Origin: Alistipes sp.
GTDB lineage: Bacteria > Bacteroidota > Bacteroidia > Bacteroidales > Rikenellaceae
Direction of reading: 5' to 3'
Assembly: GCA_045543935.1 (NCBI GenBank)
Contig: JAZPYA010000039.1
Coordinates: 102,292 to 166,291, forward strand
Length of the DNA stretch: 64,000 bases
Made by a program: the position numbers and the translations under genes. This document shows positions 62,444 to 64,000 of the stretch, piece after piece. The notes below the pieces were generated by a model. It made no database searches, was not told where the DNA came from, and saw only the letters and a list, made by a program, of their open reading frames with translations. Numbering within the stretch: the first letter of the stretch is position 1; each line of letters starts with the position of its first letter.

Positions 62444-64000
62444 ATGATAGAAATTATAACTGCATCAGGAGTGTCGTTGGACTTGGACCCATCGGCAGAG
62501 TTTGAAATTGAAATTGAGAATCCGATGTTGAGTGACTCTCATATACCTGTCGCATTCTCAACTAGTATATCCTTTTTGCCAACACCCAAAAATAAAATTG
62601 CTTTTGGGTATATAGCAGCGATGCTACAAGAGCCAGCGGAAAAAAAGATAAGCGTTGTAGTATATGCCAATGCTATACCTCTCTTTTATGGCGTACTCGA
62701 ATATGAAGGGATTGAAGAGGAAGTTATTAACTATAATTTCGTGGGCAAAGACCTGGAAAGCGAATGGGGAGGGTATATTCACCAATTAAAACATCTGACC
62801 AAATGGCAATATGCTCGAAGCAATGATATGATTCGACAGATGCAAGGAATGTTCGATGTTGTTCAAAAAGGCGGATACGACACAAATGGCGATGGCGCAA
62901 TAGATGAGAAAGAGTCTTATGATTATGGTATTCCAATGCTGCTTAACAGTGAGAGTATCACAGAAATTGAATACACAGCAAACAGTCTTGGGAAGACAGC
63001 CGTAACGCCTGATGTTAAATATCATAATTACTATTGGAACCCTATAATTTCCCCGATTACTCCTGCTGTAAAAGTTAGCGCAATACTGAAAGAGGCACTG
63101 AAAAATGTGTCAATAGATGAGTCGTTTATTTACGAAGGCTTGGCGATACTTGGATTACATCGTAGCAGACAGTATTGTCAAGGCATAGGGTTGCAAACAG
63201 GCAACACAGAAGGAACTATGCAACTTGATGTTGCTGATACATTACCTCAATGTACCGTGTTTGACCTTGTTAGCAATCTGCTAAAAATGAACTGTGCTAC
63301 TCTTTTTCGAGATGGCCAACATTTCGTCATTAAAAGCAACAAGAATATTTTGTATGATACTAATGTTGTTGTTTGGGATGAAAAAATTAGTGGCTCGATA
63401 TCTTATTCCAACGAGTTGCCTTATTTGTACACATTTGGATTTGGCAATGATGAGGATAATACCCCAACAATTAAGCCAGAAGATGACTCTATGGAGAATG
63501 CAGAAGGCTGTATTTTCGAAGCAGCTACTATGGGAGAGTTACTGACTAACACAGAAAAAGCCGGTGATTATATCGCAATTAGAGATAATAGAACTGGTGA
63601 TATGTTTTCGGGGAAAGGAGTTAGTATTACTGTACAGGGCTCCCACAATTCAATTCCATATATCGATATGTTATCGCATAAGTTGTTTAAGGCAGAGGCT
63701 GATAGCGACTCAGAGTCTAATATATTTGACATGTCTTTGTCGTTAAAGTGTGTTAGATGTATGCCTGTTGGCGTAGTTGAGTATACGGGCTATTACTCAA
63801 AAGAGAAGCAATACTTGATGTGTCCGATTGTAAAAACTAATGTAGCAGAAGATAACCGTTCTTCAGATGTTTGGATTGGTTGTTTGCACAACAATCAACT
63901 AATAGATAAGGGCTTCTATTTCTCGAAAGGTGCAACGGAAAACTCTTACGCTTACGGTGGCTGCATAGACCCTGCGATATTGTATAGAAAATATCATTCT
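62444..64000 (+). CDS. Tail/baseplate-hub protein, 3' truncated by window
   Basis: Starts MIEIITASGVSLDLDPSAEFEIEIENPML directly after the TMP stop; absent from ORF track; typical post-TMP position. Confidence 0.75.
   Translation, partial: MIEIITASGVSLDLDPSAEFEIEIENPMLSDSHIPVAFSTSISFLPTPKNKIAFGYIAAMLQEPAEKKISVVVYANAIPLFYGVLEYEGIEEEVINYNFVGKDLESEWGGYIHQLKHLTKWQYARSNDMIRQMQGMFDVVQKGGYDTNGDGAIDEKESYDYGIPMLLNSESITEIEYTANSLGKTAVTPDVKYHNYYWNPIISPITPAVKVSAILKEALKNVSIDESFIYEGLAILGLHRSRQYCQGIGLQTGNTEGTMQLDVADTLPQCTVFDLVSNLLKMNCATLFRDGQHFVIKSNKNILYDTNVVVWDEKISGSISYSNELPYLYTFGFGNDEDNTPTIKPEDDSMENAEGCIFEAATMGELLTNTEKAGDYIAIRDNRTGDMFSGKGVSITVQGSHNSIPYIDMLSHKLFKAEADSDSESNIFDMSLSLKCVRCMPVGVVEYTGYYSKEKQYLMCPIVKTNVAEDNRSSDVWIGCLHNNQLIDKGFYFSKGATENSYAYGGCIDPAILYRKYHS

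Larger units (their letters stand above)
33541..64000 (+). mobile_element. Prophage (long-tailed type, Bacteroidota family), right end beyond the window
   Basis: att fragment, CI/Cro switch, primase-helicase, S49 protease, capsid, terminase, portal, tape measure; abrupt loss of host heptamer arrays. Confidence 0.95.

Noticed and set aside
33541-64000. Diversity-generating retroelement or retron in the prophage
   Set aside because: No reverse transcriptase motif and no TR/VR pair seen; tail-fibre genes lie beyond the window, so it cannot be excluded for the whole phage.

Overview
Bacteroidota chromosome segment (gene content and TAnnTTTG promoters suggest Rikenellaceae/Alistipes-like; inference) made of two parts. 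(1) 1-33.5 kb is host backbone near the replication terminus. It has a near-canonical dif site at 3178-3205, plus relA/spoT (partial), HIT, a conserved XRE regulator, znuA/znuC, rplM-rpsI-rpsB-tsf, a TPR + beta-barrel pair, secG/lptE/sigma54-type ATPase, GH36, engB, prs, a NifU-like + GGGtGRT pair, a pseudouridine synthase, a YgjP-GNAT fusion, rlmB, ABC-F, rpe, SLOG, mscL and a carboxyltransferase with two biotinyl domains. This half carries about 20 short tandem arrays of 7-mers (two of 9-mers) from several families that share a purine-rich RRY-led pattern, plus REP-like hairpin elements. (2) 33.5-64 kb is a long-tailed-type prophage that begins at a displaced tRNA-Met-like 3' fragment (att) and runs off the right edge. 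It contains an XRE/Cro switch with face-to-face promoters, a primase-helicase, MazG, a tRNA-like RNA, an iteron origin, S49 protease, capsid, a PLD-like protein, terminase, an ArdC-type cassette inserted between terL and portal, a catalytically dead exonuclease-BRCT moron, a c4/CI-like RNA leader, tape measure and a tail protein. No integrase, lysis genes, reverse transcriptase or CRISPR-Cas are visible in the window. The most unusual signals are the host-only heptamer array system, the inverted XerD arms and palindromes around the XRE gene beside dif, and the prophage non-coding RNAs and morons. All protein calls come from motif recognition, not database searches.
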